A stretch of DNA of 63,330 nt, the filler included, from Polymyxa betae A26-41 (Eukaryota; Protista; Endomyxa: Phytomyxea): assembly GCA_003693705.1 (NCBI GenBank). It is 7 parts of 7 records of this genome, joined end to end, with 100 filler letters (N's around TTAATTAATTAA, not from the genome) between each part and the next. Parts side by side here need not be neighbours in the genome. Positions count along the whole stretch, not along the records: positions 21,928 to 27,858 come from RBZT01000769.1; positions 27,959 to 31,830 come from RBZT01000236.1; positions 31,931 to 50,186 come from RBZT01000214.1; 4 more parts are not named here. One strand, 5' to 3'. Positions 24,901-35,143 of the stretch are shown here, one piece after another (positions within the stretch are counted from its first letter, which is position 1; each line of letters starts with the position of its first letter). The translations under genes and the position numbers were made by a program. Under the pieces are notes generated by a model. The model made no database searches, was not told where the DNA came from, and saw only the letters and a list, made by a program, of their open reading frames with translations.

Positions 24901-25532
24901 GTAGCATCGACATTATCAACGGTTGGGGGGAGATTATCAAAGCCTGAAGACATTGATAAAGTAGAAAAGCCCTGAGGCAATTCAAAAGATTGAATAGACG
25001 AGGGTGAAAGTGAAATATTTGTAATTGTTAAAATCGAAAGAGTTATTGAAAGGATTGGGAATATATACTTGTACCGGATCTCAGTCGCTTTACAACGAAC
25101 CTGAGGAAACCACTTGAGACGAACAGCGATACAGCGGGCGTTAAGACGTATAGATTTAAGGCGAGAGGGGCTTAAGCTTAAGCGTGTGTACTGCCCTAGG
25201 GGAGGGCTAGTGATCACTAATGCACCTAGAGGGTACTAGACTACGAAGACAACGTAGACGAGAGAGGGGAATAGAACTCTGGTTTATTTTTACGGTAAGT
25301 TGGGTAGACTTGTAGAGGTAACCAATACTGACCATGCGCGACGGGAGTAACTGAGGAAGGGGTGACTTACGAGTGCGCGGGGCGCAACAGCGCGTCGGTT
25401 GGTTTGGGGGGCGGTTCGGACCGGGAAAAGTGGCGGCGGGGGTCTTTTTCGCAGGTTTGACTGCGAAGGCTTCCAGGGCAACCACTCCCTTGGCTTTAAT
25501 CAAAACCCATGCAATAACTCGCGGTGATCACA
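21928..25532 (-). mobile_element. Ty3/gypsy element, 5' half (LTR, gag-protease, RT-RNase H), cut by contig end
   Basis: Putative LTR 25221-25532 (TG..CA, AATAAA); long ORFs 23116-24657 (ITIDDGAD protease) and 21928-23011 (LDCFKGYWQ, IWFDDLL, FTDASK, WSVPEKEAF). Confidence 0.9.
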
Positions 25533-25939
25533 GGAAGCCGATGATAATGTCCATTTCCGAGCCACTGTATGAGTTGAGGACTCCTTTGTCGTTGACGATG
25601 TCCAGGAATAGGCGGGTGACACCATCTCCCTGGAGGCGACCCGCCTGGATGCGTTGTTTCTCTTCCAACGGGCCGTTATCGCCGTTGCGATGATGAGATT
25701 CTCGCCTTCCAGCACTGTTTTGATCTCGTGCGGGAGGAGAAGTCCGGCCGTCCGAGTTGGGACCTAATATAACGGAAGTAGCCTTTCAGCCACTCCGGTA
25801 TAGAGGGTGCGGGTGACGGCGCAGGCGTGGTTATGCCAGGTGCTGAGCTGGAGATTAAGTCCTGCTCCATGCTAACGGTATTCGCCTGTAGTGCATCGGG
25901 TGCTGGTGTGCGTGTACTTCACGACCTATCATAATGTCA

Positions 25940-26770
25940 AGGAAAGTTATGTTTCCAGACGAATAGATCTTTCTCCATATCTGAAGTAGTTATTAGAGCA
26001 GATGAACTTGAGGATATTTACCAAGAGATCATTCTTTGTTTTTGAGCTTCAGGATGGCATAAAGCGATTGAGAATCATATTTGTGTAGAGTGACGCGACG
26101 TCAACTGTATAAAGTTTATAGTTTGGAAGCATCTCGAGGCTTTCGAGATTGGGGATGATGCTTAGGCTGTTTTTAAGAACGAACTCGAGATTAATATCCT
26201 CAAGCAGGCAGTCTAAAAGGATTGACCAGTTGGTGGTAAAGCCAGGCTGGTGATCCGATAATGGGACGGCCCGGCATGCCTTGCTTGTGAAATTTAGGAA
26301 GGCAATGAAAGACGGGAAGAATGGATCGGGAGCGTTGCAGGAACGGGATGCTATTCTTGGGAAGGATAATCTTTTTTTGCTGTCTATGTGCTGCTAGAGA
26401 CTTAAGTAGCTGATTGTGGAGGATTGTCATGTGATTCAATGCAACAGGCCAATCAGGATTGTCTATGTCGCAGATAACTTGATAGATGCGAGCGTCTGAG
26501 AGGTGATTCATGACGAGTTGGTGATAATGGAGAATATGAAGAGCGACGATGCCAGAATTTTTATCGGATTGCACTATTTTAAGGCTAGGAATAGATAGTA
26601 ATTTTTTGCATTGAAGAAATAAATTAGAAGCTTTTTGAAGAGAAAATGGTCGTTTCATTAAAATGGATTTAAAGTTTACCATAAAGAATTCGGTTAGGTC
26701 AATTGAGTAAGGATTAGGAGCTTCGGGGATCCAGTTTGATGGGATATCTATCTTCTTATTGTATGGTTCG
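25940..26770 (-). mobile_element. Penelope-like element (PLE) reverse transcriptase fragment
   Basis: KIVQSDKNSGIVAL..Y...HLSD..IYQ, PVFHCLPKFHKQGMPGRPII, and YTVDVASLYTNM in a shifted frame: PLE RT N-terminal motifs. Confidence 0.85.
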
Positions 26771-27958
26771 ATGCTGTATGCCGACTGCCGCGCCGTGGCA
26801 CTTGCGTGGTGGGCTAACGAGGCCCAGGCCCAGTCGATCTCCTGTAGCTTGAATTGGCGAAGGTGTAGAGGATGCCACTATACCCTCTGGTAGTCCAGTA
26901 ATGGGCGAGGTTCCCTGCCCAGTTACCGAAGAAGGGTGCGTCTCCGCACGGAGGAAAGGTGAGAGATCCTTAAGTGATCGCTTAAGTCCATGTAGTGACT
27001 AAACCGCCTGGACCATGTTGGATAGGGTGCCGGTCACGATCGCGCATATGATGTCCCGGAACTCCGTATGGCAGTCTTGTAGAGCGGCGTCCGTCGATTG
27101 CATCTTGAGAGCCCTAAAACTCTATGTTGACCTTTATGATGACTTTCGTACAACCCCGGGCGAAACGGCTCCCATGTCTTGACCCTGTTTGTCATGTTAC
27201 AGGGCGCAACCAATGCAGCTTTTGCACTGCTCACTCTATAATACACACATTCACAGCTCTAGCTGGACTGAGGATAGCTCAGTTCGGTTAACGCCGTTTC
27301 TCAATCAACAACTCGTCTGATATTTTGTCTCTGACGAGATCGAAGACTTTAATTGAACTGCCAGGCACCTTTTCTCTTTTCGTATCATAGAATCATATTT
27401 TCGTCTAAGTCTTCATCTTCATCGTTTTCATATCATCATCTTTAACATCATCTCCCTAATTACTCTCTTCAACGTCTTCATCATTATTATTCCTCGGCTG
27501 GTTCCTTCTTCATTAGGTATAACAGATAATATATAGATACGGGTTACAATAGCAAAGACGCCGGCAACTAGTCCTTCACCTGCAATCACACATGCAGTAA
27601 AGGTTACCATTCGAGATTCTATGTACATAGAAAGGCCACGATTCCCAGAATGAAGGATGTGATAGAAATTAAATATTGTTCTTTAAAGCAGTTGCTCGCG
27701 CCTGAATGGTGCTGCGATATACAAAATTAATTAATTACACAAACATCCAGATCTAAAAATGAATACTTACATAACGTACACTGGACGTCCGAAATCTACC
27801 AACGTCAAAATATATGAAGGCAAAGCCAGTGCAGCAGAGTGTCATGAATCTGCGCTACNNNNNNNNNNNNNNNNNNNNNNNNNNNNNNNNNNNNNNNNNN
27901 NNTTAATTAATTAANNNNNNNNNNNNNNNNNNNNNNNNNNNNNNNNNNNNNNNNNNNN

Positions 27959-28135
27959 ATGAGGATAAACCTGTTGAATTCCAAAGACATGAACCCTTGG
28001 GATTCGTAGGACTTAGGTTTAACGTTACAGAGAGGAACTGGAGCGTAGCTGAAAAGGAAGGTTTCGCAATAAAAGATACTTTGCAGAAACTTGACTAGTT
28101 ATTGCAAATGAAGAGGCCGTTTAAATTGTTTTGTG
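27959..28135 (+). mobile_element. Gypsy RNase H fragment
   Basis: RHEPLGFVGLRFNVTERNWSVAEKEGFAIKDT; a paralog of 30900-31090 in the opposite orientation. Confidence 0.85.
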
Positions 28136-28983
28136 GACTGAGCTGAATGAAGCTGGGGTTCGAGCTGGAAATAAAACACAATTCATTATCACTGATTGAA
28201 GTGCTGCCGATTTTTGTAGCAACTATATCGCGATCTGACGAAACCGCTCTAGCATGCAACTCATTATAAAAAGTCCTCGTTTTAACAAACGCCTCCGCAG
28301 TGTCAGCAAGTGCATGACCTGCGCTCTCTAATTCTCTCAGATAGTTATTAACTAGTACAGGAACATTTCCCGTAAATTTGTTAAGGTTCCCAGCTGCTTT
28401 CTGAATGAGAAAATCCCTTCCAGTCAACAAGGAACTCAATCTCATGGGTTTGGGGATTAATGCGACAATCCCTGAACTTTGCTACTTCATAACATGAGCA
28501 ATCGTAAGCAAACTGATCTTTGAGCTGCTCAGTTATAGACGTTGAGTTTGCTGTCACAATAATATCTTATTCTATCCCCATGGACTATTTGTTTAGATCC
28601 ATTGATTATATTCTCAACCTCGAAAATATACTTATTCAATGTATCTGTGATCTTATATGATCCTTTCCATATCAAGAATAATTTCTTTCCAGGTCTCCGC
28701 GTGGGATCTGGATCTGCTATTAGCACAAAGTCTCCAACCAGAAAGTTCGGCTCCCTCCTCATTGATCTAGTCTGGATCCGCTTCAACTTCCTGTGTTGCT
28801 CAGACAGAATCGAGACCTGCCTGTGGATATTCGACAACGACTGTTGTAAGTTCTCAACAAAATGCCGAATCTTGTCGGGACTAACGCGCTGTAGCTTAAA
28901 TGATCTAAGTGTCAGGGATTGCATCCCCGACAGTGTAAGCCTATCCAGGCGCAACCCGGTATGTACAGCGAATGCCGTGTTAG

Positions 28984-29221
28984 TGTTAAGCGACAATCCT
29001 CTTGTGGAAGATTCCAACCCAGCGGCGCAGCCCTTGAACGTCCCTGAACCTTCCAACTCCGACACGCCCTTGAGGTCCGTAAAGATAGGAATGTTCCAAG
29101 ATAGTATAAAATGGATCAGCGTCGGTCCAAATACCTCATTCCGATAACCTCTTTATTGAATACACATCGATCTAGTTTGTCTTGACCCTGTCCCTAGTCC
29201 GAACCTGTTACGCCCCTGACA
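28984..29221. mobile_element. Putative solo LTR (238 bp)
   Basis: TGTTAAG...CTGACA termini; TATA-like tagtataaaa; interrupts integrase; flanks match only 3/5. Confidence 0.55.
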
Positions 29222-29234
29222 CTAAGCGCTGCCC

Positions 29235-29860
29235 TGTTAAAGAAATAATCAAAAGGATTATCAGCAGGCTGGCCGGTGAATACAGTCACTGGCGCCTTGC
29301 CATCTAATCTAGCTTATGGACGATGGTTAATTGTATGTACGATGTTCTAATTTAACCATGGCCAATCTTGCTTATTCCAATGTAACTCTGAAATAAGCGC
29401 TCTCATCAATGCTAAGTAATGCTTATTAATGACTTCAATAGAGCAATTACTATAGTGTCCATAGGCTACTGTGAAGTGATGCTGCATACTGCACCCTTGA
29501 GTGAACTCCTTCATAACTGTCGACGAGATTGGAGGCTTTGGTCGATTCGGAGGGGGGCACTACCAGAGTCCCCGTAGCTTCACCAAAGAGATCGCACTGG
29601 GGTCACATCGCTTCGCGGAAACCCAAAATCCGCGTTAGCGAATGGTTAACTGCTCAGTCGTTATCCAGAGACGGTTTTGCGGTTCCGCATGATATCGTGA
29701 CAGCCGTCGTTCCGACATTTAGGGGTCTTTTTAGGGAATTCTTTAGGGGCCTTTTGAGGGGTTGGTTTAACGTTTTTTTATAGGGGTTCTCTTAGGGGTC
29801 TTTATTTGCTAGGGGTCTGAATTTTGTTTTGTTTTAAATAGAGACGTTACGACGACTGCA
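29235..29860. mobile_element. Putative solo LTR (626 bp) containing degenerate TTTAGGG(G)-like units
   Basis: TG..CA termini; flanks tgccc/tgtct differ by two C>T transitions; interrupts integrase. Confidence 0.55.
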
Positions 29861-31930
29861 TGTCTGGTTAATCGTGTGTTCCAGATTGGCATTCAGCCAT
29901 GGCCAATATTGTTTGTCCAATCTGAGTTCTGATAGTAAAGCCCTCAAAAATTGCAGAAATATTTTATTGATGACCTCTATGCTGCCATTGCTATAATGGC
30001 CATACGGAACAGTGATGTGCTGTTTCATATTACATCTTTCTGCAAACCTCTTCATTGTAGATGATACAAAGTAAGATGCCATGTCTGAGACCAAGATCTT
30101 GGGAGTTCCAAACATGGCTCTCCACTCCATCAGGGCCTTCACGGCTACTTCGGTATCAGGTGTCCTAGCTGGCCTGATCTTCACTACCTCCGACAGATCG
30201 TCACGCAAAATCAGATTCCACTCGTAGTCGTGAGACCAGTTCTTCTGCGCGGGACAGATATATATCCAGTCCATGTGCTGTACCTCAGTGGGTTCATTTG
30301 CGTGTACGGCCGTACCAAGTGGTCGCGGCTCCCTCGTTCCACCCCGTGTCGGTAAGCAATGCAGGCATGCTTTGCAAAGCTGCCTAATATCCTCAATAAA
30401 ATTCTTCCAATAAAATAATTTTTTCAGTTTATTGGCAGTAGCTTGGTATCGTAGATGACCGCTATTGCCCCCAGCATGCGCTTTTATGCATAAGCGTATC
30501 TTAAGCTCTTCAACCTCTGGGATGACGATTTTTCCAGCTGAGTTAACCAGCAGGCCATCTCTATTCTTTATAATACTTTGTTTATTTTGGATTAACTTTT
30601 CTTGGATGGATATGATTTCCTCGACTGATGGCATTACAAAACCTGGGTTCTGTAACGGCCTGACTCGGGCCTCATCCGGAATATTGACAGACACGCGTCT
30701 TGCTGTTCGGACCTCTGCTCCGTCTAACTTTACAGCAGCGCCCCAGCGAGTCATAAGATCTGCCCAATAATTATCTTCACCTCTTATATGCTCGATCTCA
30801 TACCGGAACCACTGCAAATCCAGTGCCCATCTTTGCAACTTCTGTGCTGTAGGTTTTGATATACATTTTAAAGAAAATATAGATATCAAATTTTTATGAT
30901 CGCAAAAAGGTTTACAAGGCCTCATTTGTAGCAAATAGTCTAGTTTTTGCATGGTATCTTTAATCGCAAAACCCTCTTTTTCTGCTACACTCCAATTCTT
31001 TTCGGTAGTATTAAACCGATGTCCTAAAAACCCTAAGGGTTCATGCCTCTGGGACAGAACTGGCTTCTTTTCATCTTCAACAGGAATTTGTGTCACCATT
31101 CCCGATGTATTTTCATCACTGGCGTCTGTAAACATGCACTGTATCATGTCGTCTCTTGGATAAGCCAGTCTGACACTATGAACTATAGCTGCTTTCAACT
31201 TCTCGAGCATGCTTTAGGCTCCCAGCCGAATTTCGACAACCTCACTTGTCGTGTTATGCTTTATGTCCTTGAGGGCTGACCCTTCATACATCGTTCAAAT
31301 ATATCCTGCAATATTTGAACTTTCTTGTTGTATTCCGGTATCGACCTGCTCATCCGCTGCGTAGCCATGAGGAATTCCTGTAGATCCCTCGCATTGGGTG
31401 TCTGTGGTATAGCGAATAGTGCCTCGACTTTCTCAGGGTCTTGAGTAACCCCGTCCGTAGTGAATATTCGTCCGCAAAACTTTACAGTTTTTGTGAATAA
31501 ATCACATTTCTTCAGGTTTAATTTAATATTATGTCTAGCAGCAAAGCTCAAAGTAGCCTCAAGTGCTCGAAACCATTTTTCAAAAGAATTTGCGTATCCC
31601 AATAAATCGTCTATCCATATTATTAATGCTTCGTCAATCAGGTCCCTGAACACCTCTGCCATTCTGGCCTGGATTTGCGTGGCAGAATTCAGGGCTCCTT
31701 GGATAGATCGTTTGGGTGTGTACACTCCTCTGTCTGTTAAAAAAGAGAACATCTATCGACACTCTTCTGACAAATGCATCATCCAAAATCCCTTGAATGC
31801 ATCTAGTTTAAACCAACATTTCGAGCCGGCNNNNNNNNNNNNNNNNNNNNNNNNNNNNNNNNNNNNNNNNNNNNTTAATTAATTAANNNNNNNNNNNNNN
31901 NNNNNNNNNNNNNNNNNNNNNNNNNNNNNN

Positions 31931-32155
31931 GAACTGGTTCAAAAGCGCAATCCGTACTTCGAGAAGCAGCTTGAACATGCTTTGGATCTGAAGATTCCTT
32001 TTATCGTCCTTATTGGTCAGTCGGAAGTTGATAACGGCACCTGTAATGTAAAGAACACGCTGAACAATACTCAAGAAACGATTCCGCAAGTTCAACTTGT
32101 GTCGTACTTGCAAGAAGCGATTGCTGCCTTGCCGTCTAACTCAAGCATTGTCTGA
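31931..32155 (+). CDS. HARS: Histidyl-tRNA synthetase, C-terminal anticodon-binding domain (3' partial)
   Basis: ELVQKRNPYFEKQLEHALDLKIPFIVLIGQSEVDNGTCNVKN...QETIPQVQLVSYLQE matches the cytosolic HisRS C-terminus; 5' part lost at the spacer. Confidence 0.8.
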   Translation, partial: ELVQKRNPYFEKQLEHALDLKIPFIVLIGQSEVDNGTCNVKNTLNNTQETIPQVQLVSYLQEAIAALPSNSSIV

Positions 32156-33216
32156 ATCTATTTTTAATTGTTAAAGTTTAAAGATTTCATGGGAAATGAA
32201 ATGCCAGAAATTAATTTGGTTTTTGTTGTTTAACTCGACTATTGGTGTTATATCATCATGCAGCTCAGAACCATCCATAGATAGAGGTAGATAAACTATG
32301 CAAATCAGAAACAAAAAGATGCTATTACCACTATTATTACATCGAAATGGACTTATACAAGAGCATCCACAGCGTTGTATTTCGATTTTGCCTTAGAACC
32401 AGATAGAAAGTGCGGATAGCTGAGGTGCTATTTTAGCGACGATCGGGGGGGAAATAGTGTTGATCTATTTTAACCTACGGAAGAGAGCTGTGCGCTGCTG
32501 CAATCTTTGCTGTTCTACCTATTGCTATTTTAGCTTAACTTCGTGAATAGAATTGCGCGCTGTGGATGCTCTAAAGTTCAGAAATAGGCTATTAGTTAAA
32601 GGTAATTATAAACGAAATTCACTATTCAGATTGGCAGGGACAAAGCGTGCGCTTTGTCCCTTGAAAAGTGACCAAGCTTTTAATCATCGACCATTTCCCG
32701 TTCCTGCTTTCAATAAAAGCAGTTTCTGCATTTTCCTGAAACATTAGTTTTTTTATTTTAAGGCCTTTTTGGCTAACCATGAAAATGGCCTATGATGAAG
32801 TAGGTAGGTTAGATAGCTAGATATTGGATTGTGGACCTTGTCAAAGGTCTAACAGCAACAACAGCTTTGATTAATTAACGATTTGAACTGGGTTAGGTAG
32901 GAGTGCATCCCTTACTGGATTGCTTATAATGGAATACCGTATATCGAAGGGTGAAAAACGACCACTCTAAATACAGATTGATGCTGGTCATGTTCTCTCA
33001 GCTGCTCGATCCTTATATCTGAATATGACCTGTTAGTAAAGTATCGTAATGTGGCATGCACACAATGCTAACGAAGTAACGAACTTCCCTACAGCATGTC
33101 AAACATAAGATGACGATGTGAGACCACCACTGCTTAAAGCGATCAGCGATACCGACCATCAAGTTCAACCCTACCAACGTTTTCGATGAGCAGCAACAAA
33201 AAGTGTCAATCGATTG

Positions 33217-34275
33217 TTATATTTGTGTATTCTGATCAGTTCCAAAAACAAATTTCTCGAAGTCTAATAACGGAGCAGTCCAGAGCAGTTCCTCAAACTG
33301 CTGAGCGCCTTCCACAAGCGACCTCAGCTGCACCCAACGATTTGCCAATCCACTAGTTGCAACCGAGCCAAAAATCAGCCGATTATCACGGCAAGCGTCT
33401 TTCAAATGTTCAAATACGGACGGTGAAAACGATCCACGATCTTGGTCATAATATCGATTTCTCAGGGAAATTAGTACCAGGGCGCCGACATCAACGCCTC
33501 TTAAGTTCAACGACGCACAAGCTCTCAGATCATTGAGATCGCTATCAGTAAACTCATCAGCGTTAAATATCGATTTGACGTAAAACCGAATCAGTGACCA
33601 GAGCACCGTAACAATGGTTCTTTCAACAACCGTAATATCGCGAAGAATAGCGATTGCATGATTACGGTGATGACAATCGAACGACAGCAAATCCACAGCA
33701 GTATACAACTGGGTTTGATCTGATTCATCAAGTCGCAAATAAGCATTCCTGACGTTGGTCAAGATCGTTAAAAAGCGTTCAAATCGATTTTGTGTCCCCA
33801 GACGAGCATAAGACGGCGGCTGAACCGTATTGAGCAGGCAGAAAGAGATGCGACGATTCGAATGGACGTTCTCTTGAAACCATTGTTCGTCACAGGCGAC
33901 GTCTCCAAGCAGCAACTCCTCAGCAGACTCTAAACTATGAAGGAAATCACGAATATAAGGCCGGACCTATTAGAAGACTCAGAAAACATCTCGAAAATGC
34001 TTCGCATGATTCTCAAACATGTTTCTTACCTTAGAGCGCCCTATTCTTTGGATGATGCCATCAACAACTGAAGCCATCGGTGTCTTCTTAGCAATTTTTG
34101 CAGGCTTCGTCCTGGCCGGCGATGCTGAGATTGTAGCTCGTCTGCGACTGGGTCGAGACGGTGTTTGATGGGCTGGGATCGGTGCATCCGGAACGGGAAA
34201 GTCGCCGATATAGCGTCGGCTTCGAAGAGGATATCGATGGGGAACTGGCGTTGAAGAAGGATCGAAAGCGAGCAT
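33217..34275 (-). CDS. Hypothetical two-exon protein (~330 aa)
   Basis: A GT-AG intron at ~33968-34030 joins ORF 33979-34275 to 33217-33915 in frame (IGRSK|VRPYIRDF); basic, Pro-rich N-terminus. Confidence 0.65.
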
Positions 34276-34788
34276 GATTATAGACTGAATAATTGAAATA
34301 TGAATTCTGGCGGGAACGGGGTGTGCCTTCCATCAATCCGGACTTATGTTACATATTAGAGATTTAGTAACAGTCTTTGACCAACGACGAATTCCGCCAA
34401 ATTGTTGCGCATAGCCTTCCAGTGGCGCAACATTTAGAATTTCCCGCTCCGCATCAGTGATGTTCTTAGCAGTTGAGCAATCCAGTTGATCATGTTAATA
34501 AAACAGAATCGCGATCGTGAATGAAGACAGAACATATATTCAATACGGGCCGGTATCAGTCTTCAGCAACATTAACAAACCCATGTTGCCGATGTGAGAT
34601 TAGATCTTGTGTACACAAGGCCCTAGCATCTGCTTTAGACGCGTGTTAGAGAGATTAAGATGCCACCGTTAAAAGGCAGCTTTTGCTTTTCTAGATACAG
34701 TATGAAGTCTCAATCCTCGGTAATAATCCAGACTTTTTAATAGCAACGATATTATCATTGAGAGTTGCGGCCGACGCTGTCAAAGTGG

Positions 34789-34846
34789 TGCCAGTTCAAT
34801 ATCAGCGACTTACTTAATGCCAGTTCAATAACAGCGACTTACGTAA
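34789..34846 (+). repeat. 29-bp tandem duplication
   Basis: tgccagttcaata(t/a)cagcgacttac(t/g)taa x2. Confidence 0.9.
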
Positions 34847-35143
34847 TCGTGGAATTATGATTAGTGATGGAGGTCGATCGCCGGCGAAGGATCGCTCCCG
34901 ATGTCGCATATTTGGTGGATATTAGAAAATCGAGAAATGATATTTAACAGGTATGTGCGTTTGTTGTATAGTGCGCATGATTCTGCATCTGTATAGAGCC
35001 GTCTATTCCCATACGAGCCATCTACAGTATTCTTAGGGTTTCGTCCATGTTTTATTTCTGACTCTGACCTACTATCATTCTCATCACATCCATTTCTCAC
35101 ACATTCATTAGACCTCCTCATCATTCATTAATTAATCGCGTCC

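Larger units (their letters stand above)
28330..31830 (-). mobile_element. Ty3/gypsy chromovirus pol (RT, RNase H, integrase, chromodomain), interrupted by two solo-LTR-like inserts
   Basis: IIWIDDLLG, FTDASD, HIRGEDNYWADLMTRW, HHCC zinc finger, LVSDMASYF, SNGSIEVIN, WKGSYKI, chromodomain YEVAKFRDCR...EFLVDWKGFSHSESSWEP. Confidence 0.92.
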
